A DNA stretch of 64,000 nt, taken from contig NIVC01000087.1 of the NCBI GenBank assembly GCA_002269645.1, positions 186,001 to 250,000 on the forward strand. Direction: 5' to 3'. A program made the translations under genes and the position numbers. The notes under the pieces were generated by a model. The model was not told where the DNA came from and did not search any database. It worked only from the letters and a program-made list of their open reading frames with translations. Source of the DNA: Macrostomum lignano. Taxonomy: Eukaryota. Every line of letters starts with the position of its first letter. The stretch's first letter is position 1. Shown piece after piece: positions 1 through 29,779 of this stretch.

Positions 1-420
1 GGGAAGGGTCACGGGTGCACAGGCGCCTTGGGCGGATCGGCCTGGTTGAGCAGGCAGGTTTCGCACGCCTTGACGGAGTCCTCCACGTCCTTGTCCAGGC
101 CGGGCCACCACACGTAGCTGCGAGCGAGCGCCCGCATGCGGCTGGCTCCAGGGTGGGCCTGGTGCAGTTCGCTGAGGACCTTCGAGCGGAGGGCGGACGG
201 AACGATGACTCTGGACCCCCCAAAGCAGGCAGCCCTGCTTGATGTTCAGCTCGTGCTGTCGGCCAAAGAACGTTTCGAGGCCCCCTGCAGCTGGGATCCG
301 GGCGCCCGACTGCAGACACAGCAGCACTCTGCCGAGCTGCGCGTGCGTCCGTGTCCTCTGCGAGATCACCTTTGCCGTCAGGGCCGAACCGACATCTTCG
401 TCGATGAGGAGGCAGTTCGG
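1..420 (-). pseudogene. Degenerate Ty3/Gypsy pol fragment (RNaseH-integrase junction and HHCC zinc-binding domain)
   Basis: Manual minus-strand translation gives ...KQGCLLWG/SRVIVPSALRSKVLSELHQAHPGASRMRALARSYVWWPGLDKDVEDSVKACETC, the Gypsy integrase HHCC region. It has a frameshift near 200 and a stop near 10, and is cut at about 420 by a satellite. Confidence 0.85.
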
Positions 421-890
421 CGGGAAAAGTTCTCGCGGGCAAACGTCGGTGGGCAAACTTCGGCGGACAAACGTCGGCGGGCAAAATTCTGGCGGCAAAC
501 GTCGGCGGGCAAAGTTCTCGAGAGGAAAAGTCTGCGGGCAAACTTCGGCGGGCAAACGTAGGCGGGCAAAGTTCTCGCGGGCAAACGTCGGCAGGTAAAT
601 TTCGGTGGGCAAACGTCGGCGGGCAAACGTAGGCGGGCAAAGTTCTCGCGGGCAAACGTCGGCGGGCAAACTTCGGCGGGCAAACGTCGGCTGGCAAAGT
701 TCTCGAGGGGAAAAGTCGGCGGGCAAACTTCGGCGGGCAAACGTCGGCGGGCAAACTTCGGCGGGCAAACGTCGGCGGGCAAAGTTCTGGCGGGCAAACG
801 TCGGCGGGCAAAATTCCGGCGGGCAAACGTCGGCGGGCAAAGTTCTCGCGGGCAAACGTCGGCGGGCAAAATTCCGGCGGGCAAATTTCG
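421..890. repeat. GC-rich minisatellite, 14-bp unit (TTCGGCGGGCAAAC / GTCGGCGGGCAAAC) with 16-bp variants
   Basis: Direct tandem repetition visible; the overlapping ORFs here are repeat translations. Confidence 0.95.
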
Positions 891-2174
891 TAGACCCGAC
901 CGAAAGACGATACGGGTGACCGAAAGACGATACGGATTTTTCTGTTAAGCATGTTGTTAAAAAGTTTGCTGATTTTGCTTTTAAAGATAAGAGACGGAAA
1001 ACCAAGGAAAGTGATGAGGACGCACTTTTTTCCAAACTTCACGCTCGCACATGGGCTCCAAACTTACTAGCCTACAAACAACAGGCTATGGGCATTTTTT
1101 CTTCTCTTTATAAAATGTTCCTAGAATTCATACTTGTTATATGATTTTGCCATACTTGTAGTTATAATAACATAGGTGCGGCCTTTGGGTCATAAATCAT
1201 TGCTTTCGATCTGGTCTGACAGCCACCTGCGCCTCACTCAATGCTGAGACTGGCGCCAGATGGTCTGAGAGGATGCGGGCGGTAGCTTTTTTCTCATCAT
1301 TTTGACAGGCCATCAAGATCGTTGTTCTATTGTTCGGGTTCACTCAAGCGTGTGACAGCTTTGACAGCCATGCGTTTTACCCCTAAAAGTACGTTGAGAT
1401 TAGCGATTTGTCTTCATAATCTTCTTTTTCTACTTAATAAGATCTTTCTAATATATATTTTTTCATCAATTTTCGTCATTCCTACGCGAAAGGTCATAAA
1501 TCATTATGTAGCGATTTTGAGAGATTTATGACCGCACCTGTCGTATTTTTATGGCCCCGAGGGAACTGATAGGATCTTCTGGTCACGTGAGTTTGGGTGG
1601 CAACAAGCTCAGCCAATCAGAAAATTCGACGTCAGTTATAACAAATCGGCTTAGCCAATCAGAATCGAGGTGTTTCATTATAAAAAATTGCGGTCCAGTT
1701 GACGGCTATAAAAACCGGCGTTTTTGGCCCGCTCGGACTTCAACTTGGCCGGTCATCTGTCACCTGACACCCGGCTGCTACTCGCGAGCGTCGTCTCTTG
1801 ATCCCCGGATCGCGACTCCCCCCATCATCATCAAGGACGAATCCGGCCCCGGTCGTCTGCAGCGAACATCAAGGTTAAAGATCATCACCTGCTAGCTATC
1901 TGCGAAGATTGTGACATCAGCATCATCCCGGGTCTACGCTGCGAAGCACTAAGCCGATTCGGTCACTGTGGATTACCTGGTCTCCGGCTGTTGAGTTTCT
2001 GATTGGTTGGGTGAGAGGCTACCTAGACTTCTTGATTGGATGATCCCCTATCTGTCCCCCATTTCAGTAGCTGGATTAGGTGCACACTTTTGCTCATTTC
2101 GTTCAACAGTGCTGTTATTGAGGCAGAAATCATTCAATAATACTGGTAGTAGTCTGGAACTCCAATTCAATCTT

Positions 2175-2531
2175 TCTTTTTTTTAGAGGCAGGGGGGTTG
2201 TGTGCACCCTGGCGCACTTTAAGCGACATTGGCACACAACCGGCGAGAGGCAATACTGCCCATTCCGCCGACTCCCCTGAGCAGGCATACAAGCGCGCGG
2301 ATACGTACGCAGGCACACACTCACACAGGAGTGTACAGCGGCCCTAACTTTATCAATTGTTAGGCATGTACACTTCACTGCGCCTTGGGGGGTTGGCTCT
2401 CAAGGCCGTTAATTGCACAAGCGAGCCAAGCCGAAATTCCAATTCAGCCCCAAATTAATGTGGCTGCACTTGGAATCGAGCCTGGGTCGCGGCACACCAG
2501 AGCAGCTGCGCTACCGCTGGGCTACGGCCCC
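2175..2531 (-). mobile_element. tRNA-derived SINE, copy 1
   Basis: The minus strand starts with a tRNA-like head carrying an A box (TAGCCCAGCGGTAG) and B box (GGCTCGATTCC) and ends in an A-rich tail. It is flanked by a 15-bp direct repeat CTCCAATTCAATCTT, and a close homologue lies at 8856-9216. Confidence 0.9.
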
Positions 2532-3299
2532 CTCCAATTCAATCTTAAGTGCGAAGTGATTCAGGAGAAGGTTAAATCTGACAGTTATTTTTATCGGTTT
2601 TATTTCTTTGTTCGCGATGGCTCAGATGAGTAGCTAAGCTAGTAGGCGCCGGTCACAATGGACCAATGGCAAGGCAGTTCTCAGGCGATCAATCTATCAA
2701 ATCAGTGAGCAAAATTGCCAATAGTGCAAAATCGGCGCTAGAGATATACTCTGTGCACTCTAGGTCCGCCAAGCGGCTCGGGTAATGAATCATGCGGTCT
2801 CTGATGTTCAAGTTAGCCTATCATCAGCGCTAGGAGAGGCTGGTTGGCGCGTTGAAGGCCAAAAGTACAATTCCTCGTATTTAGCAATGTAATAGTACAT
2901 GTAGCTACCCCATGCAGTCTCGCCACTGCAAGAATCCCCTGCACAAGTCCCCTCTGTACCTGCATGGCCAAATGCGATCAAGTCCCAGCAGTGTCCCTTA
3001 CCATCGGCTATGACTTCGAGATTGACAGCAAAAAGACACTAGTTGGCAGGTAAGTGCTAAGCCCCCTCTAGTCGGAAGCCCGATTTCGAAAGTTCCGGTT
3101 TGGTGAGCCAGGACGCACGGGCTGGTGGCAGCGGGTTAGCTAATCTGCGGATTAGCTGATCTCTACCTTCGAAATTCTCCCTGCTTCTCTCGCTGTCCCT
3201 CTCTTAGCTATAGGACCTAGACTGCTCGCCACACGATCAAGCTACCATGCTACCATGGGGCTGACCATCTGACAGGAGTGGGGGGCCAGGACTCTAATT

Positions 3300-3486
3300 G
3301 ATTTATTTCTGAGACCTCAGGCCCGAAGGCTTCCCCACAAGGGGGCCGAAAGGTCGAAACCCATCAAAAGGAAGAACGATGATCGGTTCACTGGGGTTGA
3401 TGTTTTCAGCTTTAGTGGTTTGTTGTGGGTTGACTCTTTCAGTAATGAATTTGTTGATGTTGCAGTGGATGAAGGCAAGTGGGTAG
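3300..3486 (-). pseudogene. Penelope-like element relic, RT-thumb/linker fragment (inverted relative to the endonuclease part)
   Basis: Minus-strand translation (G)YPLAFIHCNINKFITERVNP...PIIVLPFDG matches the GYP..FI...I and LP[YF]xG linker motifs of Penelope-like elements. Confidence 0.6.
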
Positions 3487-3714
3487 TGTTAGTCTAGGAA
3501 AACTGAGTCAAGTCATGTTTGCAAGCGAAGGAGAATACCATTGAAAGATCTCTACCGAAGTGACGAAAGTATTTATTTGACTACATAACACGAAACCACG
3601 TACATTAGTAGACAAACGCCATCCGATTGGCTGGGGGTTAAAACCATGCACACTGGCAAGCACAAATGTACACAGGTAGGGGTAAAACGATAGCGCGCAA
3701 GAATGATCAGTCAC

Positions 3715-3802
<88 letters not shown>

Positions 3803-3840
3803 AGTGAAACAACATGAAAAACCAAAGTACAACCCCAACA
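3487..3840 (-). repeat. 3' LTR of the Gypsy element, contains a long (GA)n
   Basis: Direct repeat of 7817-8122. Confidence 0.95.
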
Positions 3841-3893
3841 CTGCTCCCCCCAAAAGCAGCAAAACAAAAAACAAAAGAAACCAAGACCTGTCC

Positions 3894-6800
3894 TTAGACC
3901 TTATAACAAACAGGTTTACGAGGCCGCAAATAATACGAGCTTTGGGGCTGGAGAGTCTCATCTCCAGAACTCAGCGGGGAGTCACAGTCAGTCACCTCAG
4001 GTTCACGCAGCTCCGAGTCAGAGCCAGCCTTGGCACCCTGAATCGATAGCCCAGCCTGATCCTCGGATCCAGCCGCCTCGGTCAGCCGCCGATCGGCCTC
4101 CGCCTCCGGGCGGCAGCTCCATTGGTTTGCGTGCGCCATCCGCAGTCCACCGTCTGGTAGGTCAGCTGAGGTCACCAGAGCTGTGTTCCGGCCGTGCTGC
4201 ACGATGAACTTGGCCGGAACCGGAGCCGTGCCAGGCCGAGCCCTCAGCCAGATGGAGTCACCCACCTGCTCGGTCATCGTCAGCGGATGGCGCAGCCGGC
4301 GTCCCCACATGAGAATGTCCGGCGAGCTGGAACGATTCCCGCTAGGCCTGCTGGTGCGAATGGTTAGGAGCAATTTCTGCAGGAACTGGTCAAATGGGAC
4401 CACTTCTTCCACGTCTTCAGCCCGCCTTTGAGACTCCTCACCAACCGCTCAGCCTGCCCGTTCGATGCCGGATGGTACGGTGGGGTGTGCATCTCCTGGC
4501 AGCCGACACTGTTCAGCCACTGCGAGACTCTTTCCGACCTGAACTCGGGCGCATTATCCGACACTAGCGTCCGAGGCACTCCATTTCTGGCGAACACCGC
4601 TCTCAGCACTCTCAGCACACTGCCCGCAGACCTGTCTGGGACCTGGACAACTTCTGGCCAACCCGAGTATGCATCAGACAGCAACAGTAGCAAGCCCACT
4701 CCTGGCACCTCACAGTGGTCCATGTGGACCCGGGACCACGGCTCGCTCTCGGATGGCCAGATGTCAATTTTCCGCTGAACCACCGGCCGTCTTTCAGCGC
4801 ACAGCTGACACCGCTCAACAAACTGACGGACATCGCGATCCAGTCCAGGCCACCAGAACTCCTTAGACACATGGGCCTTCGTATTTTCCGCGCTCGGGTG
4901 CACCTCATCATGCGCGGTCTCCAAAATGCGCCGCCGGAGAATGGTCGGAGGCACCACCCTGGTACCGTGGATGACCAGCCCGTTCTCCACAGACAACGCT
5001 TCCCGACACGCTTTGTACGGCCGCTCCAGCTGAGAGACCTGACCCCACCGGCCTGTCCTGATTCTCTGCTGGAGTCTTTGAAGCAGTGAACACCGGGAAG
5101 TACTTTCTCTCAGCTCCTCCACGGTAACCAAGCCTCCGTCAGTGATCAACTCAGTCTGATGAACAGACTCCGTCTCAGGATCGAGGTTTTCAAAGCTCAG
5201 CCTTGATAGAGCGTCAGCATCCTGCATCTTCTTTCCCGGCACATATTCAATCTCGTAATCATAAGCCGATAGCCGCAGAGCCCACCGGGTTAGTCTGGCA
5301 GAAACAGTCTTTGGAAGATTCTTGCAAGGATTCAGAATAAACTTCAAAGGCTCGTGATCGGTCTGCAGAATGAATTTCTTCCCTAGCAACATTTTCCGAG
5401 CTCGTTCAACCGCCCAAACAATAGCCAGCGCTTCTCTCTCGATGTTTGAGTAGTTGGTTTCTGCCTGTGTGAGCGCCCTGGACATGAACATGACGGGATG
5501 TCCAGACTGGACCAGCACCGCGCCCAAGGATTTCTCGCTCGCATCAACTCGAAGACAGACAGGCGCGGAAACATCAAACGGCTTGATGCACGGGTTTGAG
5601 GCCAGACTCCTTTTGATCTCCGAAAATGCCGCCTCAGCCACCGCGTTCCATTGAAAAACCCGGTCACCGCGGCGAAGCTCCTGAAGAGGCCGACATTTCT
5701 CAGAAAAGTTCGGAACCAGCCGTCCATAAAATTGAGCCAGTCCTAGAAATCTCTCCAAATCTTTCTTGGTCTTCGGCACCTCGACATCCATCACACGTTT
5801 CACCATGCCCGGATCGGGTTTTATTCCTTCATCATCAATAATGTGACCAAGAAACTTCAGGCTGTTGGCTTCCATCACGCACTTCGCCTCGTTGATCTTG
5901 ACATTTGCGGCCTTTAACTTGTTGAGCACCTGCTCCCTAATTTTCTGCAACTCTGCCCGGCTCGCAGCACCGATCAGCACATCGTCCTGATATACTATGA
6001 CACATGGATGGTCTCCCAGGAGCTTTTCCATCACACGTTGAAAAACAGATGGCGACACCTTAATGCCATACGGCAACCGGTTAAACCTGTAGCAACCAAA
6101 CGGAGTGTTTATGGTGGTCACCGCCTTCGATTCCTCATCCAGGGGAACCTGATAGTACGCATCCGATAGGTCCAACCGACAGAACAGCTTCTTGTTGGCC
6201 ATTTTCGAAAAGGCTGTCTCAATCGAGGGAGTGAGGAAGGTCTGGTCTTGAACCAACCGATTAACAGCCGAATAATCTCCACAAATTCTCACGGATGCCC
6301 GATCTGACTTCACCGTCACCACAATTGGACTGCCCCATTCCGACGACATCACCTTCTCAACGATTCCAGCACTTTCCATCAGGTCCAGCTCCTTCTTAAC
6401 CAAGTGCTTCAGCGCTAAGGGCAGTTCTCTGGCTGCCTGGAAAATTGGCCTAGCTCCAGCACAAAGACGGATTTCTCCCGTAGCACCAGATATTCCCAAC
6501 AAGCTCTCATACCTGTTGCTGGCGGCTGACTCATCAGAACTGGCATGGTGCACCGGTGCGAGGACCAGCAGATTCCGGCCGAGCAGCCCAAACTCCTGTT
6601 GGCAGTCGATGACGGGCAGCTCTGCCGCCTTGAAGCGGCCGATGTTGCCAGTGGTCTCCACCAGGCATTCCAGAACGCCCATCTGTCTCATAACGTGTCC
6701 GTCATACGCCAGCATGCGCGACTTCGCCGACTTCAGCGGGGGCCTTCCGAGCTCATTCCAGATCCTTCGTGAGATTAACGAGCAGGAGGCACCGCTGTCC

Positions 6801-7794
6801 TTCTCCATCAGTACTTCTCTGTGATTGATTTTCACAGTGCAGAACTCGGCAGGCTTTCCTTCTCCACAGTAGAATACGGGCTCATCACGATAGGAGTCTT
6901 CTGGACTCAGCTGAGTGCCGACTGCTTCAGCTGGGGCAGCGAAGTGGGTCCTGGCACCGCGGCACACACGGCCAAAGTGGCCAGGCTTTCCACATTGATT
7001 GCAGGTGGCTCTCAGGGCTCGGCAGTCAGCGGGCTTCTGGTGCGATCTCAACCCGCAACGCTGACAGCGCTGGTGTCCGAAGTTCTGCTTCTGCCTCATA
7101 ACCGAATTAACGTTGACAGAGCCGGAGCTATCCGGATGGCAGTGAGCTTCATCAGCCGTAGTCAGACCCGCGGTCGACAGCGACCTAGCCTGGTGCACCA
7201 CCGAATCCACGAGAGTCGAGTGAGCAGCAGCCTGGGACCCAGCTGAAAAGTTGCTGACCATCAGCAGCTGCTGAACATATTCTGTGACCTGATCGACCGT
7301 CAGTTCTTGAGTAACTTCACGCTCGAGCACCTTGTTCCTGATGTTCGAGTTGGCCAGACCGGCAATGAGCCGCATCTTGATGAGCGCTTCGGCGGGGTCC
7401 GCTCCTTCCTTTTTCAGGCTCTCGAACTCGCATACGACGGCTTGCTCCCTGAGACGAGCGGCATAGCTGGTGACGGTTTCGCCTTCGGCCTGGCGCATAG
7501 ACATGAAGGCTGTCCTCTCAGCGATCTGCAGTTTCTTCTTGGGCTCCACAAACGCCAGTAGGCATTGCTTGATTTCAGACCATTTCATCGCAGACGGGTT
7601 TTTGGAGCAACCAGCTGCTTGACTTTTATGAGCTCAGCGACCCCGAGGCAGCCCATGAAAGCGTCGGTCAGCGCTCGTCTCTCGTCGGTATCTTCGACTC
7701 CTTTGGATCTGGCCTGGGCGTCAAATACTTCAACCCAGGCGCGAAGCTCATCTATGTTGCTCAACGGCAGCGTCTCTCTCAATTTGATGCTCAT
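3894..7794 (-). CDS. Gag-Pol polyprotein (two CCHC knuckles, aspartic protease, RT, RNase H, integrase), broken by two frameshifts near 7590 and 4400
   Basis: ORFs 7585-7794, 4364-7588 and 3894-4412. Motifs: CQRCGLRSHQKPADC and CNQCGKPGHFGRVC, DSGAS protease, LDLSDAYYQ and YQDD RT, VDAS...YSNIEREALAI RNase H, HHCC and D,D,E (MDH, SDN, AER) integrase. Confidence 0.93.
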
Positions 7795-7816
7795 GATCCT
7801 GCTTGCGACGCCAAAA

Positions 7817-8044
7817 TGTTAGTCTAGGAAAACTGAGTCAAGTCATGTTTGCAAGCGAAGGAGAATACCATTGAAAGATCTCTACCGAAGTGACGAAAGT
7901 ATTTATTTGACTACATAACACGAAACCACGTACATTAGTAGACAAACGCCATCCGATTGGCTGGGGGTTAAAACCATGCACACTGGCAAGCACAAATGTA
8001 CACAGGTAGGGGTAAAACGATAGCGCGCAAGAATGATCAGTCAC

Positions 8045-8084
<40 letters not shown>

Positions 8085-8122
8085 AGTGAAACAACATGAA
8101 AAACCAAAGTACAACCCCAACA
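7817..8122 (-). repeat. 5' LTR of the Gypsy element
   Basis: Direct repeat of 3487-3840, followed on the minus strand by the PBS. Confidence 0.95.
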
Positions 8123-8400
8123 GGTAGCCCACGTGGTCTCTCTCCTACGTGGGGAAAACAAAAGGCACTTGCACACCAGAACCAGAGAGCACTGGCTCAA
8201 ACCATCGGCCATTCAAACCCACCTCTTAGAATGCAATATAGCTGCTCCAGCATTCCTATGAACGCTTTATAATTATCGACCAATGTACATCTGACTATAA
8301 ACTTAAGATTCTTGAGACCATGCACATAAAAGCTTTTTCCCCCAACCTCAACACTCAACTCCAACATAGTGGCGCGGGCCATGTTCTCCGTGTTTTTTTA
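8123..8400 (+). pseudogene. Penelope-like element relic, GIY-YIG endonuclease C-terminal part
   Basis: Frameshift-corrected translation SYVGKTKRHLHTRTREHWLKPSAIQTHLLEC...FIIIDQCTSDYKLKILETMHIKAFSPNLNTQ has the Penelope GIY-YIG pattern (YVGKT, R..EH, LE..HI...P.LN.Q). Confidence 0.8.
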
Positions 8401-8855
8401 AGTTTTGAGAGAACGCCGACTACGGACTGCACTGCTCTGCCAAAATTTCCGTCCCTGACCTGTCTATTGATCTTCGAACAAATTTACTGTACAGAATAAT
8501 TACTCATCTAATTTTTTTGCGTCACACAAACATTTATTATCGTTAGCCTCGGTTTTTTCGTTCTAATAAAATAAACCTGAAGATGCACCACGGAGTGCGA
8601 AACGCGTCGACTCACAAATAAAATGTTGATTGTTGGTTTTTTATTCATATTATTTGCAAAGCGAGCAACTCTACCACACATTCGAAACATTTTTTGTATT
8701 AGCAAAACGACTTACTCGTACATGTAAGACATTGAATCAAATGCAATAGGCAAGGCAGGACAGGATTTTGGCTATTAATATGGCAGTCCTACGTTCAATT
8801 CAAAAATTCAGATTTTACATTCATTTTGGGACGACGGACATACGAATACCCACAT

Positions 8856-9216
8856 TATTTATTAGAGGCAGGGGGGTTGTGTGCACCGTGGCGCACTTTA
8901 AGCGACATTGGCACACAACCGGCGAGAGGCATTACTGCCCATTCCGCCGATTCCCCTGAGCAGGCATACAAGCGCGCGGATACGTACGCAGGCACACACT
9001 CACACAGGAGTGTACAGCGGCCCTAAATTTATATTATCGTTAGGCTTGCACACTTCACTGGGCCTTGGTGGGTTGGCTCTCAAGGCCGTTAATTGCACGA
9101 GCAGAGCCAAGCCGAGATTCCAATTCAGTCCCAAATTAATGTGGCTGCACTTGGAATCGAGCCTGGGTCGCTGGCACACCAGAGCAGCTGCGCTACCGCT
9201 GGGCTACGGCCCCCTC
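8856..9216 (-). mobile_element. tRNA-derived SINE, copy 2
   Basis: Homologous to 2175-2531; flanked by a 15-bp TSD TACGAATACCCACAT. Confidence 0.9.
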
Positions 9217-9383
9217 TACGAATACCCACATCATATAAAGAACTTGTATGAATAAATAATTGGTTCAATTCTTATTTTATCCGATCATTCTACGTACGTG
9301 CTTGATGAACACGATAAATTTGATCAATTCGATTAATATATCCCAAGGATCATGCTACTGTTCAGAAACCTGAATTTCTCAAC

Positions 9384-10022
9384 TATATAGTGCAAAACAC
9401 TTGTCTGCAAGGTGGGCAAGTATACCCTCTAAGCGAGATGAATTTCCTCACTTTTCGAGTGACGCAACTTACGGCACGCGCGAGTCTTATTGCTACTTGA
9501 GCTGACCAGGATAACAATAACGCGCCACCACACCGAGCCGATGCTGTTAGTCAACTAAAAGACCAGCTACAGCTGAGCACTCTGCGCTGGCCTTCCCGGT
9601 CCCCAGACATGAATCCCATCGAGCATGTCTCGTGGAACTTTCTAAAACGCAGCATTCGAAAAGAGAATCCACCACAGAATGTTGCGGAGCTGCGTCATGC
9701 CATTGAAAACGCTTGGCAGCAGCTTCTCCAGGACTTTCTGCGCCGCCTCATCCTGAGGATGCCCGGCAGAATCGCCGCACTTCTGCGTGCGAGAGGATCC
9801 CACACGCGTTATTCAGCATCGCAATTCTAACTGCTTATATTGCATAAAAAATAAACTTATGATTTTGTGCGACTCGTTAGATTCGATCAACTTTCCTTTC
9901 CTCGCGGCTGCTTATAGTTGTGTAACTTGAGGGTTGAATTGTGATGAGTGAGAAGTTGTCGCAATAAGTGAGAAAATTTTCATCTCGCTTGGAGGGTGGA
10001 ACTTTTGACTGTTGCTGAGTAT
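9384..10022 (+). mobile_element. Internally deleted Tc1/mariner DNA transposon
   Basis: 9507-9830 encodes QDNNNAPPHR...WPSRSPDMNPIEHVSW, the Tc1 catalytic C-terminus. Imperfect inverted repeats (CCCTCTAAGCGAGATGAA near 9425 versus TTCATCTCGCTTGGAGGG near 9980); TA at the ends. Confidence 0.8.
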
Positions 10023-12014
10023 ATACTGCGCGTGGGCATAGACGTATCACGACGCAATTACTTTGACCTCTTGACCTGCTGTCAAGGCAAGATCAAACAA
10101 AATTACGAGTAGGAGCCGATTTTTATCTAAACTCTGCCGTACATTACGCGCACTCAGGAAAAGAATCAATTGTTGCCAACACGGCCGCTTTTTGCATAGT
10201 CAGAACTGCATTTGACCTCAATTGCAAGGCCATATGCAAATTAAAGCAACAAAGTTAAATTACCAATTTAAAGTGGCAATGCTAATGTTGATTTCTTTAT
10301 TTATTAGACTCACATCACAGAGCCGCTATATTTATGAATTTTTATGTAGTTAGAAACGTAAAAATCTATTTTATGTAATGTACGGTCCTAGTTTTTAACT
10401 TGCATTTAAACTTAAAATCTTAGCTATGGGAGCAAGTAAAGAATGTAAAAATGTTTGATAACAATTTAAGCTAAATCAAATAAAGCACCATCCAAAATGT
10501 TAGGTGCGAATATATCAAATTTACTATTTTTAATTAACCGATCTTTTTGGGCAACAATACACACTAATCAGCTTATAATAAATATTATATTGTAAACTTC
10601 CCTGCAGTAAAGTTACTCGTAAGTCTCAATGTGAGCCAAAATTAATTATATAGCAATACGCGCGCACACCAAAAGCAATTAATATGAATATTAGCTGTGC
10701 GCATGCTTCATGTGTGTACAGATATACACACGATAGTGTAATGTTGAACAGCACAGATAACCAAGCAATTTAGCAGTAAAATCCACAGCAAACTAACACA
10801 TTTTGTGGCATTGTATTGCCAGGCGAGGCTACACAGAGAAAGACGGCATTTTTTCGTTTGAAACCAGGGCTGCTATATGAATTAATAACGTTTGATAAAC
10901 ATGCGATATGGAGCGCATGGGGTTGCACAGAATACTGCGCGTGGTACAAAACACGCAAAACATACTACTAACAGCATTTTCGAGGGGTACAAGACCTTCC
11001 AGAAATACAACAAAGTCAAGTCGATCACAGTGCCAGGTTGAATTTATTTGAAACAAATATATTGCAACGCTGAAAGCAATATTAAAACAAAATAAAATAG
11101 AATCAGCCGCGAGGATCAAACTTGGCACAACAAGCTGTTGGAACAAATTAAATACACTCGTAGCGAGTAAAATGTTCTGAAATAAGCTTAAGATAGCTAC
11201 TTTTACAAGTTAGAGGTTACAGCGATATCAAATAACTTAAGAACAGAAATACCCAACTATTCATAATTCCCACAGCGATCGGACATGACGAGGGTCTTCA
11301 CGCATGCAACTACAGAACCAGAGTCATCCTAGAATAAAAACAATATAAAAATATAAAATATAAAAATATGTAATTTGACTAATTTGTTATATTTAATCAT
11401 AAACTATATTAATGTAATAAGATACAAAAAACACAAAAAATATAATATAAAATACCACTCCTACCATACGATGCCTCCCCCAAAAGACGCACCAGCAACT
11501 ATTTTTAGCTTTAGAATTTACAGCCACCTAAAATAGATTCCTAACTCTGAAGGTTGTTCGATTGCGATAACAAAAGTATTTCCTTCAAATTTATTACCAG
11601 TTTGAACCACCTGTATAGTATTAGAAAGAACTAATAAGAGGATATTTAACTTGGCATGTTAAATATTCTCTTGAGCAGGAGATGCCACACAGGGACGCAC
11701 GCAGGTGAGGAGGGCCCGCGGTCCCCATTTCAATTGGAAGTCAAATGTCGCCCCTACACGAGTGAGCATACTTTTAGAAAGAAAAAGAAAAGAAAAGATA
11801 GACAAAAACTGAATAAATAGATTATGCCAATAATAGATGGACAGAGACAACATTTAGAGGTATCACACCAGATTAGACTACCGACTATGAGACTAATAAA
11901 CAAAACTGGAAAAAACATTCTTAAAAAAATCCAAGAGGAAGCAATTTAGGATTGGCAAATAAATAAGTTAACCACCGGGGACTCCAACTGGAGAAGGAAA
12001 CCGTTAGCCTAAAG

Positions 12015-12224
12015 CCAGGGGTTGGCAAACTAGCTAGTATTTATCTCAAGGGGCAAATGGAGAATCTAGCGCATAACTGTCGGTCAGAACAGGGGAGAGA
12101 AGAGAGCAGAAAAGAGATGGAGAAGGGAGAGGAGATTAGAGAGAAGAGAGCTGGGAAGAGACGCAAACCGGATGGCTATTGTAAAGTTTCAAAGGACCCG
12201 AGAGCCGGAGTTTGCCAACCCCTG
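12015..12224. mobile_element. hAT (Buster/Charlie-type) MITE
   Basis: TIR CAGGGGTTGGCAAACT / AGTTTGCCAACCCCTG; 8-bp flanks GCCTAAAG and GCTTAAAG with a central TA. Confidence 0.8.
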
Positions 12225-12569
12225 GCTTAAAGAGAAGCGAAAGTTTATTATCCAAAAAAGTATCGATACTAATTAATTGGTCTTAAACTACTCATAACTG
12301 GAACAAGTCAAATATAGAAATGTATCCAAGTGTCATGTGTTCCCCCGGCCTAAGTGTTATAGTCTAGAAGTGCATGCAGCAGCCTTGACAATCAATATTC
12401 TGAACAGAATCCATTGATCAACTGATACTGCCTGATACTGCCTGATAGGTAAATTTTAGTTTAACCATTGTAAAGATCGGAAGAATAACAAAAAGCTGAA
12501 CTAAGAAGAGCTAAGGATGACAAACGAAGTGGGATATAAATATTTGGCAAGTGCATGAATAGACAAGTA

Positions 12570-12620
12570 CTTGTAGTAGTAGTAGTAGCAGTAGTAGCAG
12601 TAGTAGTAGTAGTGGTAGTA
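12570..12620. repeat. (TAG)n/(CAG) microsatellite
   Basis: Direct observation. Confidence 0.85.
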
Positions 12621-13260
12621 GCCAACAGCAGGAATGAAAATTACAATTATTAGGTAAATTTTTGCATTAAAAATAGCTAAATCAGTTAACAGATGAGCTA
12701 TAACTAAGGAAAACTCGTATCTAAACATTGCGAAATTTGCAATTGAAATAATAATAATAATAATATTAGGCATAATTAATTAGTCAAGACACAATGCATT
12801 GGATATGCGACATTTATTATTACTATTCAATACGCATTGCTCTACTTACAGCAGTCCACGAATATATAGGCGAAAATCTAGTTAAATAAATAATCAAATC
12901 GGGTTTGTCGTGGAAAATGAATCAATTCTAAGCAAAGTACACTATAATATAATAGAGCAAGCATTTTCAGCTAAAGTGCAATATAAATGGACGCAGCAAA
13001 AAAAGAAAAAGCTCGTTGGATTGCCTCAGGATAAGCAAAGGATAAAGTAAGAAATTAGTTTTTTATCATAACGCAGTTAGCGAAACTACATTAGACGATT
13101 TTTGTGCAAATAAGCGGCAAAAATGGAAAAAGAAAATCGAGACAAGAAAAAGCAGAGAAAAGGCAATAAAGAAGTTCAAGAGTCCGTTGATTGTGTGTCT
13201 ACAGAGGGATAATTGCAAATTGGGGAGTTCAGAACACATGGGGAACTAGGAAATCAGGAT

Positions 13261-29779
<16,519 letters not shown>

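Larger units (their letters stand above)
3487..8122 (-). mobile_element. Full-length Ty3/Gypsy LTR retrotransposon, recent insertion
   Basis: Two TG...CA LTRs (3487-3840 and 7817-8122) differ essentially only in (GA)n length. 5-bp TSD GGTAG on both sides; PBS TGGCGTCGCAAGCAGGAT (tRNA-Ser-like) after the 5' LTR; purine tract GGGGGGAGCAG before the 3' LTR. Confidence 0.97.

Noticed and set aside
1540-2090. Promoter- or LTR-like block with two CCAAT boxes and TATAAAA
   Set aside because: Single copy, no TSD, PBS or downstream ORF could be established.
2470-2533. tRNA-like sequences (also 9150-9216 and 14950-15010)
   Set aside because: They are SINE heads; no complete cloverleaf with acceptor stem is evident.
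3305-3362. Hammerhead-like CTGA...GGCCGAAAGGTCGAAAC next to the Penelope relic
   Set aside because: The CUGANGA core is incomplete and not adjacent to the hairpin; the minus strand reads as a continuation of the Penelope linker frame.
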